A DNA stretch of 52,031 bases from Pseudomonadota bacterium (GTDB lineage: Bacteria; Pseudomonadota; Alphaproteobacteria; Kiloniellales; J153). The position numbers and the translations under genes are program-made. Location of the stretch: contig JACZVL010000003.1 of assembly GCA_022572685.1 (NCBI GenBank), forward strand, positions 1-52,031, in the 5' to 3' direction. Below the pieces are notes generated by a model that worked only from the letters and a program-made list of their open reading frames with translations, was not told the DNA's origin and did no database searches. Of the stretch, positions 36,255 to 45,502 are shown piece by piece (the first letter of the stretch is position 1; each line of letters opens with the position of its first letter).

Positions 36255-36407
36255 TCGGCCGACCCGCGCCACGCCCGTAATCTCCATCACGATGTGAACT
36301 CTCCATGATGAGCTGACAGGAAGACGACATACCGGCATGAGGCGCTGCGGGAGCGATATGCCGGCGGGGGGAGCCTGCGCGCAGGCATCTTTCGAGAGGG
36401 GAATTTC

Positions 36408-36899
36408 ATGGAAAAAGCCTTCTTTCTTTTGTTCGCGGCCGTGGCCATCGGATCGGGGTTATTGGTCATTACGGCGAGAAACCCGATTCACAGCGCCCTT
36501 GCGCTCATAGTCAGCCTCGTTCAAGTGGCCGCGATCTTCGTTCTTCTCGGATCGCCCTTCCTCGCAGCCATCCAGATCTTCGTTTACGTGGGCGCTGTGA
36601 TGGTCCTGTTCCTGTTCGTGATCATGATGCTCGACGTCCGCAAGGAGGCGCGCACCAGGTTTCTCGAAAAGGGGATCGCGCCGACGCTGGCCGTCCTGGT
36701 TCTTCTTGGCGGTCAAATGATTGCCCTTTTGCTGGGCAGCCAGCGCTTTCCGGTGCGCTCCGCTGGCGCCGCGGGCAGCCTTAAGGAATTGAGCAAGGCC
36801 CTTTTCACCGACTACCTTCTTCCCTTCGAGGTCGTCTCCGTCATCCTTCTGGTCGCCCTGGTCGGGGCCATCGTTCTGGCGAGAAAGGAAACCGATTGA
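36408..36899 (+). CDS. nuoJ: NADH-quinone oxidoreductase subunit J
   Basis: [41 protein letters not shown]. Confidence 0.95.
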   Translation: MEKAFFLLFAAVAIGSGLLVITARNPIHSALALIVSLVQVAAIFVLLGSPFLAAIQIFVYVGAVMVLFLFVIMMLDVRKEARTRFLEKGIAPTLAVLVLLGGQMIALLLGSQRFPVRSAGAAGSLKELSKALFTDYLLPFEVVSVILLVALVGAIVLARKETD

Positions 36900-37201
36900 T
36901 GGTCCCGCTGTCGTGGTATCTCGTGCTTGGCGCGGTTCTGTTCGTGACCGGCGCGGCGGGCGTTGTGCTGCGGCGCAACGTGCTCATTGTGCTGATGTCG
37001 CTGGAATTGATGCTCAATTCGGTGAGCGTCAACCTCGTTGCCTTCTCTCATTTCTTTGGCGATTTCCGTGGCCAGATCATCGCCATTTTCGTGATCGCCA
37101 TTACCGCCGCCGAGGTCGCCATTGCCCTGGGAATCCTGGTCGCCCTGGTGCGCAATAAGGCCACTCTCGAGGTCGACGAAGTGACGATAATGAAGGGATA
37201 G
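36899..37201 (+). CDS. nuoK: NADH-quinone oxidoreductase subunit K
   Basis: RRN....[18 protein letters not shown]. Confidence 0.95.
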   Translation: MVPLSWYLVLGAVLFVTGAAGVVLRRNVLIVLMSLELMLNSVSVNLVAFSHFFGDFRGQIIAIFVIAITAAEVAIALGILVALVRNKATLEVDEVTIMKG

Positions 37202-37205
37202 CGGG

Positions 37206-38696
37206 TTGGAAGTCGTCCATTCGATCAAACCCATCCTGGCCATCGCGGTTTCGCTGCTGGCCGCCGGGGCCATCCTGGGGTTCCGCGATCGCGCCAACCT
37301 CAGGGACTCGGTGTCCCTGATCGCGGCGGTCGTCAAATTCCTGATCATCATTTCCATGGCGCCCATCGTGCTTGGCGGGGGAACCATCGAGATCACCCTG
37401 TTCGAGATCCTGCCGGGCGTCGAGTTCGCGTTTCGGGTGGACGCGTTGGGAATGGTGTTCGCAACCATTTCGTCGATGCTGTGGATCGCCGCCGCGGTCT
37501 ACTGCATCGGCTATATGCGAAGCCTGAAGGAACACGCTCAGACGCGGTTCTTCGCCGCTTTCGCCGTAAGTCTGTCGGCGGCCGTCGGCGGGGCCTTTGC
37601 CGCCAACCTGTTCACGCTGGTGATCTTCTACGAGGTCCTCAGCCTCGTCACCTATTCGCTGGTCTATCACCGGGAGAACGAAGATTCCTGGCACGGCAGC
37701 CGGCGGTACCTGGTCTACCTGGTCGGCGCGTCCAAGACCTTCCTGCTTGCCGGTCTGGCGCTCACCTACCAATTGACGGGGACGCTGGATTTCATGCCGT
37801 CCGGGCTGTTCGACGGGGTCGCCGCCTCGCCGCTGCTGCTGAGCGTCGTCTACTTCTGTTACCTGGCGGGTTTCGCCAAGGCGGCCATCATGCCCATGCA
37901 TGCCTGGCTGCCCGCGGCGATGGTCGCGCCGACGCCGGTCAGTGCGCTGCTGCATGCAGTGGCGGTGGTCAAGATGGGCGTGTTCTGCGTGCTCCGCGTG
38001 GTCTTCCACGTGATGGGGGTGGGGCTGATGGACGACCTGGGCCTGGGAATCGCCACCGCTTACCTGGTCTCCTTCACCATCATCACGGCCTCGATTTACG
38101 CGCTGACGCGAGATGATCTGAAAGCGCGCCTCGCCTATTCCACCATTAGCCAGTTGTCCTACATCATCCTCGGCGCGGTGCTGCTCACGCCGACCGCCAT
38201 CGTCGGCGGTGTCGTCCATATCGCCGCCCACGCGCTGTCCAAGATCACGCTCTTTTTCTGTGCCGGCTCCATCTATTGCGCGTCACGCCGCAAGAACGTC
38301 AGTGAACTCGCCGGAATCGGGCGCAGGTTGCCGTGGACCATGGCAGCCTTTTTCATCGCCTCGCTCGGCATGATCGGGGTCCCGCCTACGGGTGGATTCA
38401 TCAGCAAATGGTACCTGGTGCTGGGATCGGTAGAAGCGGGAGAACTGGTCTTCCTGGCGGTTCTGCTGGTGAGTACCGTGCTCAACGCCGCCTACTTCCT
38501 GCCGGTGACCTACACCGCCTTCTTCGAGAAGGAAAAAACCGGTCCGGTGGGCGACGGCCCCGATAAAATCCATCCCGACGATATCCGGGAGATTCCCCTG
38601 GTTACCATTCCCCTGGTGGTCACGGCGCTGCTGTCCGTGGTCTTGGGGATCTTCCCCGATTACTTCCTCACCCTGGCGCGGGGGATCGTGCCATGA
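37206..38696 (+). CDS. MrpD-like antiporter subunit (proton-pumping module, no NuoL tail)
   Basis: FYEVL, KAAIMPMHAWLPAAMVAPTPVSALLHAVAVVK, LAYSTISQ, H..SKITLFF.AG; TTG start. Confidence 0.85.
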   Translation: MEVVHSIKPILAIAVSLLAAGAILGFRDRANLRDSVSLIAAVVKFLIIISMAPIVLGGGTIEITLFEILPGVEFAFRVDALGMVFATISSMLWIAAAVYCIGYMRSLKEHAQTRFFAAFAVSLSAAVGGAFAANLFTLVIFYEVLSLVTYSLVYHRENEDSWHGSRRYLVYLVGASKTFLLAGLALTYQLTGTLDFMPSGLFDGVAASPLLLSVVYFCYLAGFAKAAIMPMHAWLPAAMVAPTPVSALLHAVAVVKMGVFCVLRVVFHVMGVGLMDDLGLGIATAYLVSFTIITASIYALTRDDLKARLAYSTISQLSYIILGAVLLTPTAIVGGVVHIAAHALSKITLFFCAGSIYCASRRKNVSELAGIGRRLPWTMAAFFIASLGMIGVPPTGGFISKWYLVLGSVEAGELVFLAVLLVSTVLNAAYFLPVTYTAFFEKEKTGPVGDGPDKIHPDDIREIPLVTIPLVVTALLSVVLGIFPDYFLTLARGIVP

Positions 38697-38947
38697 TCGG
38701 GCGGATCGTCCGCTTCTTCGGGGATGCCGAGCAGGCCAAGCGGCGGCGCTGGCTGCTCGCCGCCACGCTACTGGCCGTCTTCGTCGCCGACTTCTTCGTC
38801 GCCAGGGAGCACGTCGTCTTCTTCTGGGACGCCATCTCCGGGTGGGCGGCGCTGTTCGGCTTCCTCTCCTGCGTCGCCATCATCTTCATCAGCAAGGCTC
38901 TGGGTCGCCAAGGGCGGCTCATGCGGCGCGAGGACTACTATGACTGA
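38693..38947 (+). CDS. Small two-TM membrane protein (84 aa)
   Basis: Two hydrophobic segments, ends LMRREDYYD; overlaps both neighbouring genes. Confidence 0.8.
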   Translation: MIGRIVRFFGDAEQAKRRRWLLAATLLAVFVADFFVAREHVVFFWDAISGWAALFGFLSCVAIIFISKALGRQGRLMRREDYYD

Positions 38948-40703
38948 CTGGGTTCATCCCGGGCTGCTGTTCGTCGTCGGCGCCTTGCCGATCCCCTGGC
39001 TCAGCGGACGCCCGCGCCAGGCTTGGCTGATCCTGGTTCCGGTGCTCGCCATCGCCAACATGGCGACCCTGGTACCCGGAGACTACGGCGCCTTCGATTT
39101 CGCCGGCGTGGCGCTCCTGGTCGGCAAGGTCGACAAGCTCAGCTTGGTGTTCGCCTGGGTCTTCACCATCATGGCGTTGATCGGCACGGTTTACGCGCTG
39201 CACGTCCGGCGGCCCGAGCAGCATGTGGCCGCGTTCCTGTACGTGGGCAGCGCGCTCGGCGTGGTCTTCGCCGGCGATTGGTTTACCCTCCTGGTGTCCT
39301 GGGAGATCATGGCCTTCGCCTCCGCTTATCTGATCTTCGCGGCGGCGGAGGCGCCGGCCGTGCGTGCCGCGTTCCGCTACCTCATGGTCCATGTCACGGG
39401 CGGCGTCCTGCTGTTCGGCGGGATCGTCCTCCACGGCGTGGCGACGGGGTCCTTTCTGTTCGGCCCGTTGGGTGAGGAGGGCGGGCTCGCCTACACGCTG
39501 ATCCTGGTGGCCTTTATGCTCAACGCGGCGGTGCCACCCCTCAACGCCTGGCTCACCGACGCCTATCCCGAGGCCACGGTCACCGGTGCCGTTTTCCTGA
39601 GCGCCTTTACCACCAAGACCGCGGTCTACGTGCTGATCCGGGCCTATCCGGGTGCCGAGATTCTGGTGTGGCTGGGTTCGATCATGGCCATTTACGGTGT
39701 CGTCTACGCGGTGCTGGAGAACGATACCCGGCGCCTTCTGGCTTATCATATCGTAAGCCAGGTCGGCTACATGGTCGTCGGTGTGGGCATCGGCACCGAG
39801 ATGGCCCTCAACGGTTCCGCCGCCCACGCCTTCGCCCACATCTTCTACAAGGGACTGCTGTTCATGGGTGCGGGCGCGGTCATCTACATGACCGGGCGGC
39901 GCAAGCTGACCGAGCTGGGCGGGCTCTACCGGACCATGCCGGTGACGGTGTTCCTCTACATGATCGGTGCCTTCGCTATCTCGGCCTTTCCCTTGTTCAG
40001 CGGCTTCGTCAGCAAATCCATGGTCATCGCCGCGGCCGCCGGGGACCAACGGGCGGCCGTCGTGTTGATGCTCACCGTTGCCTCCTCAGGCACCTTCCTG
40101 CACACCGGGCTGAAGCTTCCCTACTACATGTTTTTCGGCAAGGACTGCGGATTGCGTCCCGCGGAGCCGCCACTCAACATGCTGATTGCCATGGGATTGG
40201 CGGCCGTGCTGTGTATCGGCATCGGGATATTCCCCGGCGTGCTTTACGCCCTGTTGCCCTACCCGGTCGATTTTGCGCCTTATACCGGCGCCCACATCAC
40301 CGGCAGTCTCGGCATCCTGATGTTCACGCTGCTGGGCTTCGTGGTGTTTCTGAAAGCCCTCGACCCCGAACAGACCATCAGCCTCGACACCGACTGGTTC
40401 TACCGCAAGGGCGCCCGGCTGTTCATGTGGTTCGCCGAGAAACCGGTGGCGCGCTGGGAAGGGGCGGTCAGTGCGCTGTCCGACACGGTGGTGCTGAGGG
40501 TTCTCCATGCTTCGGCGCGGGGCGGCCTCCTGGTCGATCTGCACGTAGTGGACGCCATCGTCAACGGTGTGGCACGGACCGCTTTGGCCTGGGGTGCGAC
40601 CGTCCGGCGTCTGCAAACCGGGATCGTGAGCCATTACGCCGCGGCCATGATCGGCGGCGTGCTGACAGGCATGGCCGTCTATGTGGTGTTCTGGGCCGGC
40701 TGA
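38940..40703 (+). CDS. MrpD/MrpA-like antiporter subunit with NuoL-type C-terminal lateral helix
   Basis: WEIMA, AWLTDAYPEAT.TG, AFTTK, LLAYH.VSQVG, YKGLLFM; tail DWFY...VVDAIVNGV...RRLQTG.V.HY. Confidence 0.85.
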   Translation: MTDWVHPGLLFVVGALPIPWLSGRPRQAWLILVPVLAIANMATLVPGDYGAFDFAGVALLVGKVDKLSLVFAWVFTIMALIGTVYALHVRRPEQHVAAFLYVGSALGVVFAGDWFTLLVSWEIMAFASAYLIFAAAEAPAVRAAFRYLMVHVTGGVLLFGGIVLHGVATGSFLFGPLGEEGGLAYTLILVAFMLNAAVPPLNAWLTDAYPEATVTGAVFLSAFTTKTAVYVLIRAYPGAEILVWLGSIMAIYGVVYAVLENDTRRLLAYHIVSQVGYMVVGVGIGTEMALNGSAAHAFAHIFYKGLLFMGAGAVIYMTGRRKLTELGGLYRTMPVTVFLYMIGAFAISAFPLFSGFVSKSMVIAAAAGDQRAAVVLMLTVASSGTFLHTGLKLPYYMFFGKDCGLRPAEPPLNMLIAMGLAAVLCIGIGIFPGVLYALLPYPVDFAPYTGAHITGSLGILMFTLLGFVVFLKALDPEQTISLDTDWFYRKGARLFMWFAEKPVARWEGAVSALSDTVVLRVLHASARGGLLVDLHVVDAIVNGVARTALAWGATVRRLQTGIVSHYAAAMIGGVLTGMAVYVVFWAG

Positions 40704-40720
40704 GGGAAGCGGAACCAGCC

Positions 40721-42193
40721 ATGACGGATTTCCCCATCCTCAGCCTCATCATCTTCCTGCCCGCGGGCGGCGCCGGCGTGCTGCTGTTGGTGCGCGGCGA
40801 CGCGGCCGTGCGCTGGACGGCCCTTGTGTTCGCCGTCGCCGACTTCCTGCTCACGATACCGCTGCTGTTGGCCTTCGATACGACCACCTATGCCATGCAG
40901 TTCCGCGAGACCGCCGCTTGGGTGCCGGCGCTCGGAATCTCTTATTCCCTCGGCGTCGACGGGATCAGCGTGCTGTTTGTGTTCCTGACCGCGCTTCTGG
41001 GCTGGATCTGCGTCGTCGTGTCGTGGCGGGCCATCGACAGCAAGGTCAAGGAGTTCATGATCAGCCTCCTGGTCATGCAGAGCCTGATGCTCGGCGTCTT
41101 TTGTGCGCTGGACCTGTTTCTTTTCTATGTTTTCTGGGAAGCGATGCTGATCCCGATGTACCTCATCATTGGCGTCTGGGGCGGCGATAACCGGGTCTAT
41201 GCGGCGTTCAAGTTCTTCCTCTACACGCTGGCGGGCAGCATGCTGTTCCTGGTCGGCATCCTGGTGTTGTATTTCCAGGGTGGGGAGACCTTCGACATTC
41301 TTGTCCTTATGGAGCAGACCTATCCTTTCGAGATTCAGGCATGGGTGTTCGTGGCCTTTCTGATCGCCTTCGCGGTGAAGGTGCCCATGGTGCCGCTGCA
41401 TACATGGCTGCCCGACGCCCATGTGCAGGCGCCGACGGCAGGCAGCATCGTGCTCGCCGGGGTGCTGCTCAAGATGGGGGCCTACGGCTTCCTGCGCTTT
41501 TCGCTGCCCATGTTGCCCGAGGCCTCGCACGCCTTCGCGCCCTTCATCCTCGTCCTGTCCGTGGTGGCGATCATCTATGGCGGCTTCCTGGCTCTGGCTC
41601 AAGACGACCTGAAGAAGCTGGTCGCCTATGCGAGTGTCAGCCACATGGGCTTCGTGACCCTGGGGCTGTTCACGTTCAACGCCAAGGGGGTCGAGGGCGC
41701 CGTGCTGCAGATGTTCAATCACGGCATCACGACGGGGGCCCTGTTCTTGTTTGTCGGCCTGATCTACGAGCGCACCCACACGCGGCGGATCGCCGATTAC
41801 GGTGGTTTGATGAAGGTGGTGCCGGTCTACGGCGTGCTGCTGGCCGTATTCACCTTGTCCGCCATGGCCGTGCCGGGCACCAACACCTTCGTCGGCGAGT
41901 TGCTGGTGCTGTCGGGCGCGTTCGGCGCCAACAAGGCCATCGGCGCCGTCGCCGTGGCCGGCGCGGTGCTCAGCGCCGCCTACCTGCTGAGGATGTTCCG
42001 CCAGATGGCGCTGGGCCCGGCTGTCCCCATCGGCGGGCGCCAGTTGTGGGATGTCAACGCGCGGGAGATGGCGGCGATCCTGCCCCTGGTGGTCTTCGTC
42101 TTCTGGGTCGGGTTTTACCCCAAACCCTTCCTCGAAATCATACGTGTGTCCGTCGAACACCTGCTCGTGCAGACCCAGGTTCAGGGCCGCTGA
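40721..42193 (+). CDS. nuoM: NADH-quinone oxidoreductase subunit M
   Basis: LGVDGIS, FWEAMLIPMY, KFFLYT, KVPMVPLHTWLPDAHVQAPT, LKMG.YG, YERTHTR. Confidence 0.95.
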   Translation: MTDFPILSLIIFLPAGGAGVLLLVRGDAAVRWTALVFAVADFLLTIPLLLAFDTTTYAMQFRETAAWVPALGISYSLGVDGISVLFVFLTALLGWICVVVSWRAIDSKVKEFMISLLVMQSLMLGVFCALDLFLFYVFWEAMLIPMYLIIGVWGGDNRVYAAFKFFLYTLAGSMLFLVGILVLYFQGGETFDILVLMEQTYPFEIQAWVFVAFLIAFAVKVPMVPLHTWLPDAHVQAPTAGSIVLAGVLLKMGAYGFLRFSLPMLPEASHAFAPFILVLSVVAIIYGGFLALAQDDLKKLVAYASVSHMGFVTLGLFTFNAKGVEGAVLQMFNHGITTGALFLFVGLIYERTHTRRIADYGGLMKVVPVYGVLLAVFTLSAMAVPGTNTFVGELLVLSGAFGANKAIGAVAVAGAVLSAAYLLRMFRQMALGPAVPIGGRQLWDVNAREMAAILPLVVFVFWVGFYPKPFLEIIRVSVEHLLVQTQVQGR

Positions 42194-42205
42194 GGGGAGA
42201 CGCCG

Positions 42206-43657
42206 ATGGACATGAACGCGGTCATCCGGTCGGTCATCGCCAGTGGGCCCGAGATCATCGTCATTGTCGGCGCCTGCGTGCTGCTGATGGTCGGGCTCGT
42301 CGCCGAGAAGCGGTATGGCCGGCTGCTCGTCGGGGCGACGTTGGCGGTGGTGATTGCCGCCGCGGCCGCGACCTTCGCCCTGGCCGGGGCGCCGCGCACG
42401 GCCTATGGCGGCATGTTCGTCATCGACGACTTCGCGATCTTTTTCAAACTCGTGCTCTATCTGGCCACCGGGCTCACCGTGCTGATGTCCGGCCGCTACC
42501 TGGAGGAGGAAGCGATCGCCCGCAGCGAATATTACGCGCTGCTGCTGTTCGCGCTGTCCGGCATGATGATCATGGTCTCGGGGCTCGACCTGTTGACCAT
42601 CTACGTCGGCCTCGAGCTCCAGTCGTTGTCCCTCTATGTGCTCACCGGATTTTTTCGTCACGACCCACGCTCCAACGAGGCGGCGTTGAAGTACATCATC
42701 CTCGGCGCGGTTTCCTCGGGGATCTTCCTCTACGGCCTGTCCCTGGCTTACGGCCTCACCGGCACCACCCAGTTGACGGACATGGCCACCGCCCTGGCCC
42801 ACGGCCGGGCGACCGATCCGGCGCTGATCCTCGCCACCATCTTCCTGGTCACGGGGCTGATCTTCAAGGTCGGCGCGGTGCCCTTCCACATGTGGGTCCC
42901 CGACGTCTACGAAGGCGCGCCGACGACCATCACCGCCTTCCTGTCGGTGGCGTCGAAGGCCGCCGCCTTTGCCATCGTGCTGCGCATCTTTCTCGATGCC
43001 CTCGCGCCGGTCACCGAAATCTGGACCGTCCTCGTCGCGGTGATTGCGGTGCTGACCATAGCCTTGGGCAGTTTCGTCGCCCTGGTCCAGACCAACATCA
43101 AGCGGATGCTGGCCTATTCGAGCATCGCGCACGCCGGCTTCGCGCTGCTGGGCCTGGTCGCCGGAGGACCCGACGGGGTCGCCAGCGTCATGCTCTACCT
43201 GCTGATCTATACCTTCATGAACCTCGGCATCTTCGGCACCGTGGTCATGATGCGAAAGGGCGACGTCCGCGGTGATATGATCGCGGACTATACCGGCTTC
43301 GCCAAGACCCACCGGGGCTTGGCCCTGCTGATGCTGATCTTCCTGTTCTCGCTGGCCGGCATCCCGCCGACCGCGGGCTTTTTCGCCAAGTTCTACGTTT
43401 TGGTCGCGCTGATCAATCAGGGTTACGTGGCCCTCGCGGTGATCGCCGTGCTCCTGAGTGCCGTGGCCGCCTTTTTCTACATCCGCATCGTGATGCTGAT
43501 GTACATGAGGGAGCCGACCCGGTCCTTCGATCTGGCGCTCACACCGTCCCTACGCCTGGTCCTCGCCATCGCCGGGCTGGGGACGGTGGGTATCGGTATC
43601 CTTCCTTCTTGGTTCCTCGATTTGGCCCAGGGGGCTATTCTAACCGTGATGCGTTGA
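42206..43657 (+). CDS. nuoN: NADH-quinone oxidoreductase subunit N
   Basis: LELQSL, EAALKY, FKVGAVPFHMWVPDVYEGAPT, KRMLAYSSI.H.G, SLAGIPP. Confidence 0.95.
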   Translation: MDMNAVIRSVIASGPEIIVIVGACVLLMVGLVAEKRYGRLLVGATLAVVIAAAAATFALAGAPRTAYGGMFVIDDFAIFFKLVLYLATGLTVLMSGRYLEEEAIARSEYYALLLFALSGMMIMVSGLDLLTIYVGLELQSLSLYVLTGFFRHDPRSNEAALKYIILGAVSSGIFLYGLSLAYGLTGTTQLTDMATALAHGRATDPALILATIFLVTGLIFKVGAVPFHMWVPDVYEGAPTTITAFLSVASKAAAFAIVLRIFLDALAPVTEIWTVLVAVIAVLTIALGSFVALVQTNIKRMLAYSSIAHAGFALLGLVAGGPDGVASVMLYLLIYTFMNLGIFGTVVMMRKGDVRGDMIADYTGFAKTHRGLALLMLIFLFSLAGIPPTAGFFAKFYVLVALINQGYVALAVIAVLLSAVAAFFYIRIVMLMYMREPTRSFDLALTPSLRLVLAIAGLGTVGIGILPSWFLDLAQGAILTVMR

Positions 43658-44082
43658 CGAACTGGAGTGTTGGCCCCCAAAGGGGCATGGTCTCGACTCT
43701 TGGATAGGGCGCGCGCCGCAACCCGGGCGCCTATGACTCGGCGGTCGGTTTGGCTGCCGCCGTGGGAAAATCGAAGGCGCGGGTGCGGCACTCCCGGCGC
43801 CCGGTTGCGGCAATCGGGGGCCGTCGTCTATTGACCGTGGTGTAGACGGCGGCGTGAATCGACAAGAAACGTGGAGCGGAGCGCACAGTTGACGGCAAGC
43901 AAAATTGGTGAGAATCCCGTTGCACCGACATCATTGGTGCCAACCGGCACATGTCCCCAAGCAAGTTGTCGTTATGTTCCGTGACCATTGATGCTATAGT
44001 ATGACGAACCTGCGCCGGCGTGGCCCGCCGAGAGCGGTCCCGGCGTGAAGCTTCTCGGTAGACAGGAGGCGGATCGACGAAG

Positions 44083-44445
44083 ATGCCTATCGACTACCTT
44101 CCGGTGTTCCTGATGGTGAGTGCGGTCTCCGTCCTGGCCCTGGTGATACTTTTCGTATCGTCGCTGGTGCGCCCCTCCAATCCCTATCCCGAGAAGAATC
44201 GCCCCTACGAGTGCGGAGTCGACCATTGGGGTGAAGCCTCGGCGGGACTGTTCAAGGTCCACTACTTCGTCATCGCTATCCTGTTCGTGGTCTTCGAAGT
44301 GGAAACCATGTTCCTGTTTCCCTGGGCCGTGGTCCTCGGGGACATCGGCTTGTTCGGCTACATCGAGATGTTCGTGTTCATCTTCCTGTTGTTGGTGGGT
44401 TTCGTTTATGCCTGGTTGAAGGGAGCACTGGATTGGGAGCACTAG
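44083..44445 (+). CDS. nuoA: NADH-quinone oxidoreductase subunit A
   Basis: RBS AGGAGG; [28 protein letters not shown]. Confidence 0.95.
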   Translation: MPIDYLPVFLMVSAVSVLALVILFVSSLVRPSNPYPEKNRPYECGVDHWGEASAGLFKVHYFVIAILFVVFEVETMFLFPWAVVLGDIGLFGYIEMFVFIFLLLVGFVYAWLKGALDWEH

Positions 44446-44936
44446 AGAACCGTTTCCCCGACAACGTCTTTTTCAGCACCGCGGACAGCCTCATCAACTG
44501 GGGGCGGAAGTCCGCTCTGTGGCCTGAGACCTTCGGGATCGCCTGCTGCGCCATCGAGATGATTGCGGCCGGATGTTCCCGTTACGACCTGGACCGTTTC
44601 GGCATCGTGTTCCGGTCCTCGCCCAGGCAGTCGGATGTGATGATCATCGCGGGCACGGTGACCAAGAAGTTCGCCCCCGTCGTCCGGCGCCTCTTCGACC
44701 AGATGCCCGAGCCGCGCTGGGTCATCGCCATGGGGACCTGCGCGATTTCCGGCGGTGTGTACAATACCTACGCCGTGGTCCAGGGCTCGGATCTGATCGT
44801 TCCCGTGGACGTGCACGTCCCCGGCTGTCCGCCCCGGCCCGAGGCCCTCATGCACGGCTTCGTCCTGCTTCAGGAGAAGATCCAGCGGTCCCACGTGCTA
44901 CGAAGGGGCGGTCCGGTCCACGCAGTGGGGAGCTAG
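44433..44936 (+). CDS. nuoB: NADH-quinone oxidoreductase subunit B
   Basis: [38 protein letters not shown]; TTG start overlapping nuoA. Confidence 0.95.
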   Translation: MGALENRFPDNVFFSTADSLINWGRKSALWPETFGIACCAIEMIAAGCSRYDLDRFGIVFRSSPRQSDVMIIAGTVTKKFAPVVRRLFDQMPEPRWVIAMGTCAISGGVYNTYAVVQGSDLIVPVDVHVPGCPPRPEALMHGFVLLQEKIQRSHVLRRGGPVHAVGS

Positions 44937-44938
44937 CC

Positions 44939-45463
44939 GTGGGCGGTCCGAATCTGCGCGAGAGAATCGAGCATCGTTTCGGCGGACGCGTGCGCGACGG
45001 AGGCCTCCCCCACGGGATGCAGACTTTCCTGGTCGATCCCGATCTCGTCGTCGAGTTGTGCCAGTTCTTCAAGGACGATCCGGAGCTTCGCTTCGATTTC
45101 CTGTCGGACATCTGCGGGGTCGACCACTACCCGGAGGAAGACCGGTTGGAAGTGGTCTATCACCTCTACTCCATCGCCTTCAAATGGCGGGTTCGGATCA
45201 AGTGTCGGTCCGGCGATCCGCCAAAGGTCCCCTCTGTGGTGGGCGTGTGGAGGACCGCCAATTGGCACGAGCGCGAGACCTATGACATGTACGGGATCGT
45301 GTTCGAGGGCCACCCCGATCTCCGGCGAATCTACATGTGGGATGAGTTCGAGGGATACCCCATGCGCAAGGACTTCCCGTTGCGGGGCTACAAGGATGCC
45401 TACAACCCCTTTGGCGAGGAGAGGACCGCGGCCGCGCCGTCCGACACCGGCGGCGAACGCTGA
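44939..45463 (+). CDS. nuoC: NADH-quinone oxidoreductase subunit C
   Basis: GVDHYP, ANWHERETYDMYGI.F.GHPDLRRI, PMRKDFPL; GTG start approximate. Confidence 0.93.
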   Translation: MGGPNLRERIEHRFGGRVRDGGLPHGMQTFLVDPDLVVELCQFFKDDPELRFDFLSDICGVDHYPEEDRLEVVYHLYSIAFKWRVRIKCRSGDPPKVPSVVGVWRTANWHERETYDMYGIVFEGHPDLRRIYMWDEFEGYPMRKDFPLRGYKDAYNPFGEERTAAAPSDTGGER

Positions 45464-45502
45464 CCCGCGGGCCCGGTGGCCCCCTGCAAGCGAGTGTGCG
45501 AG

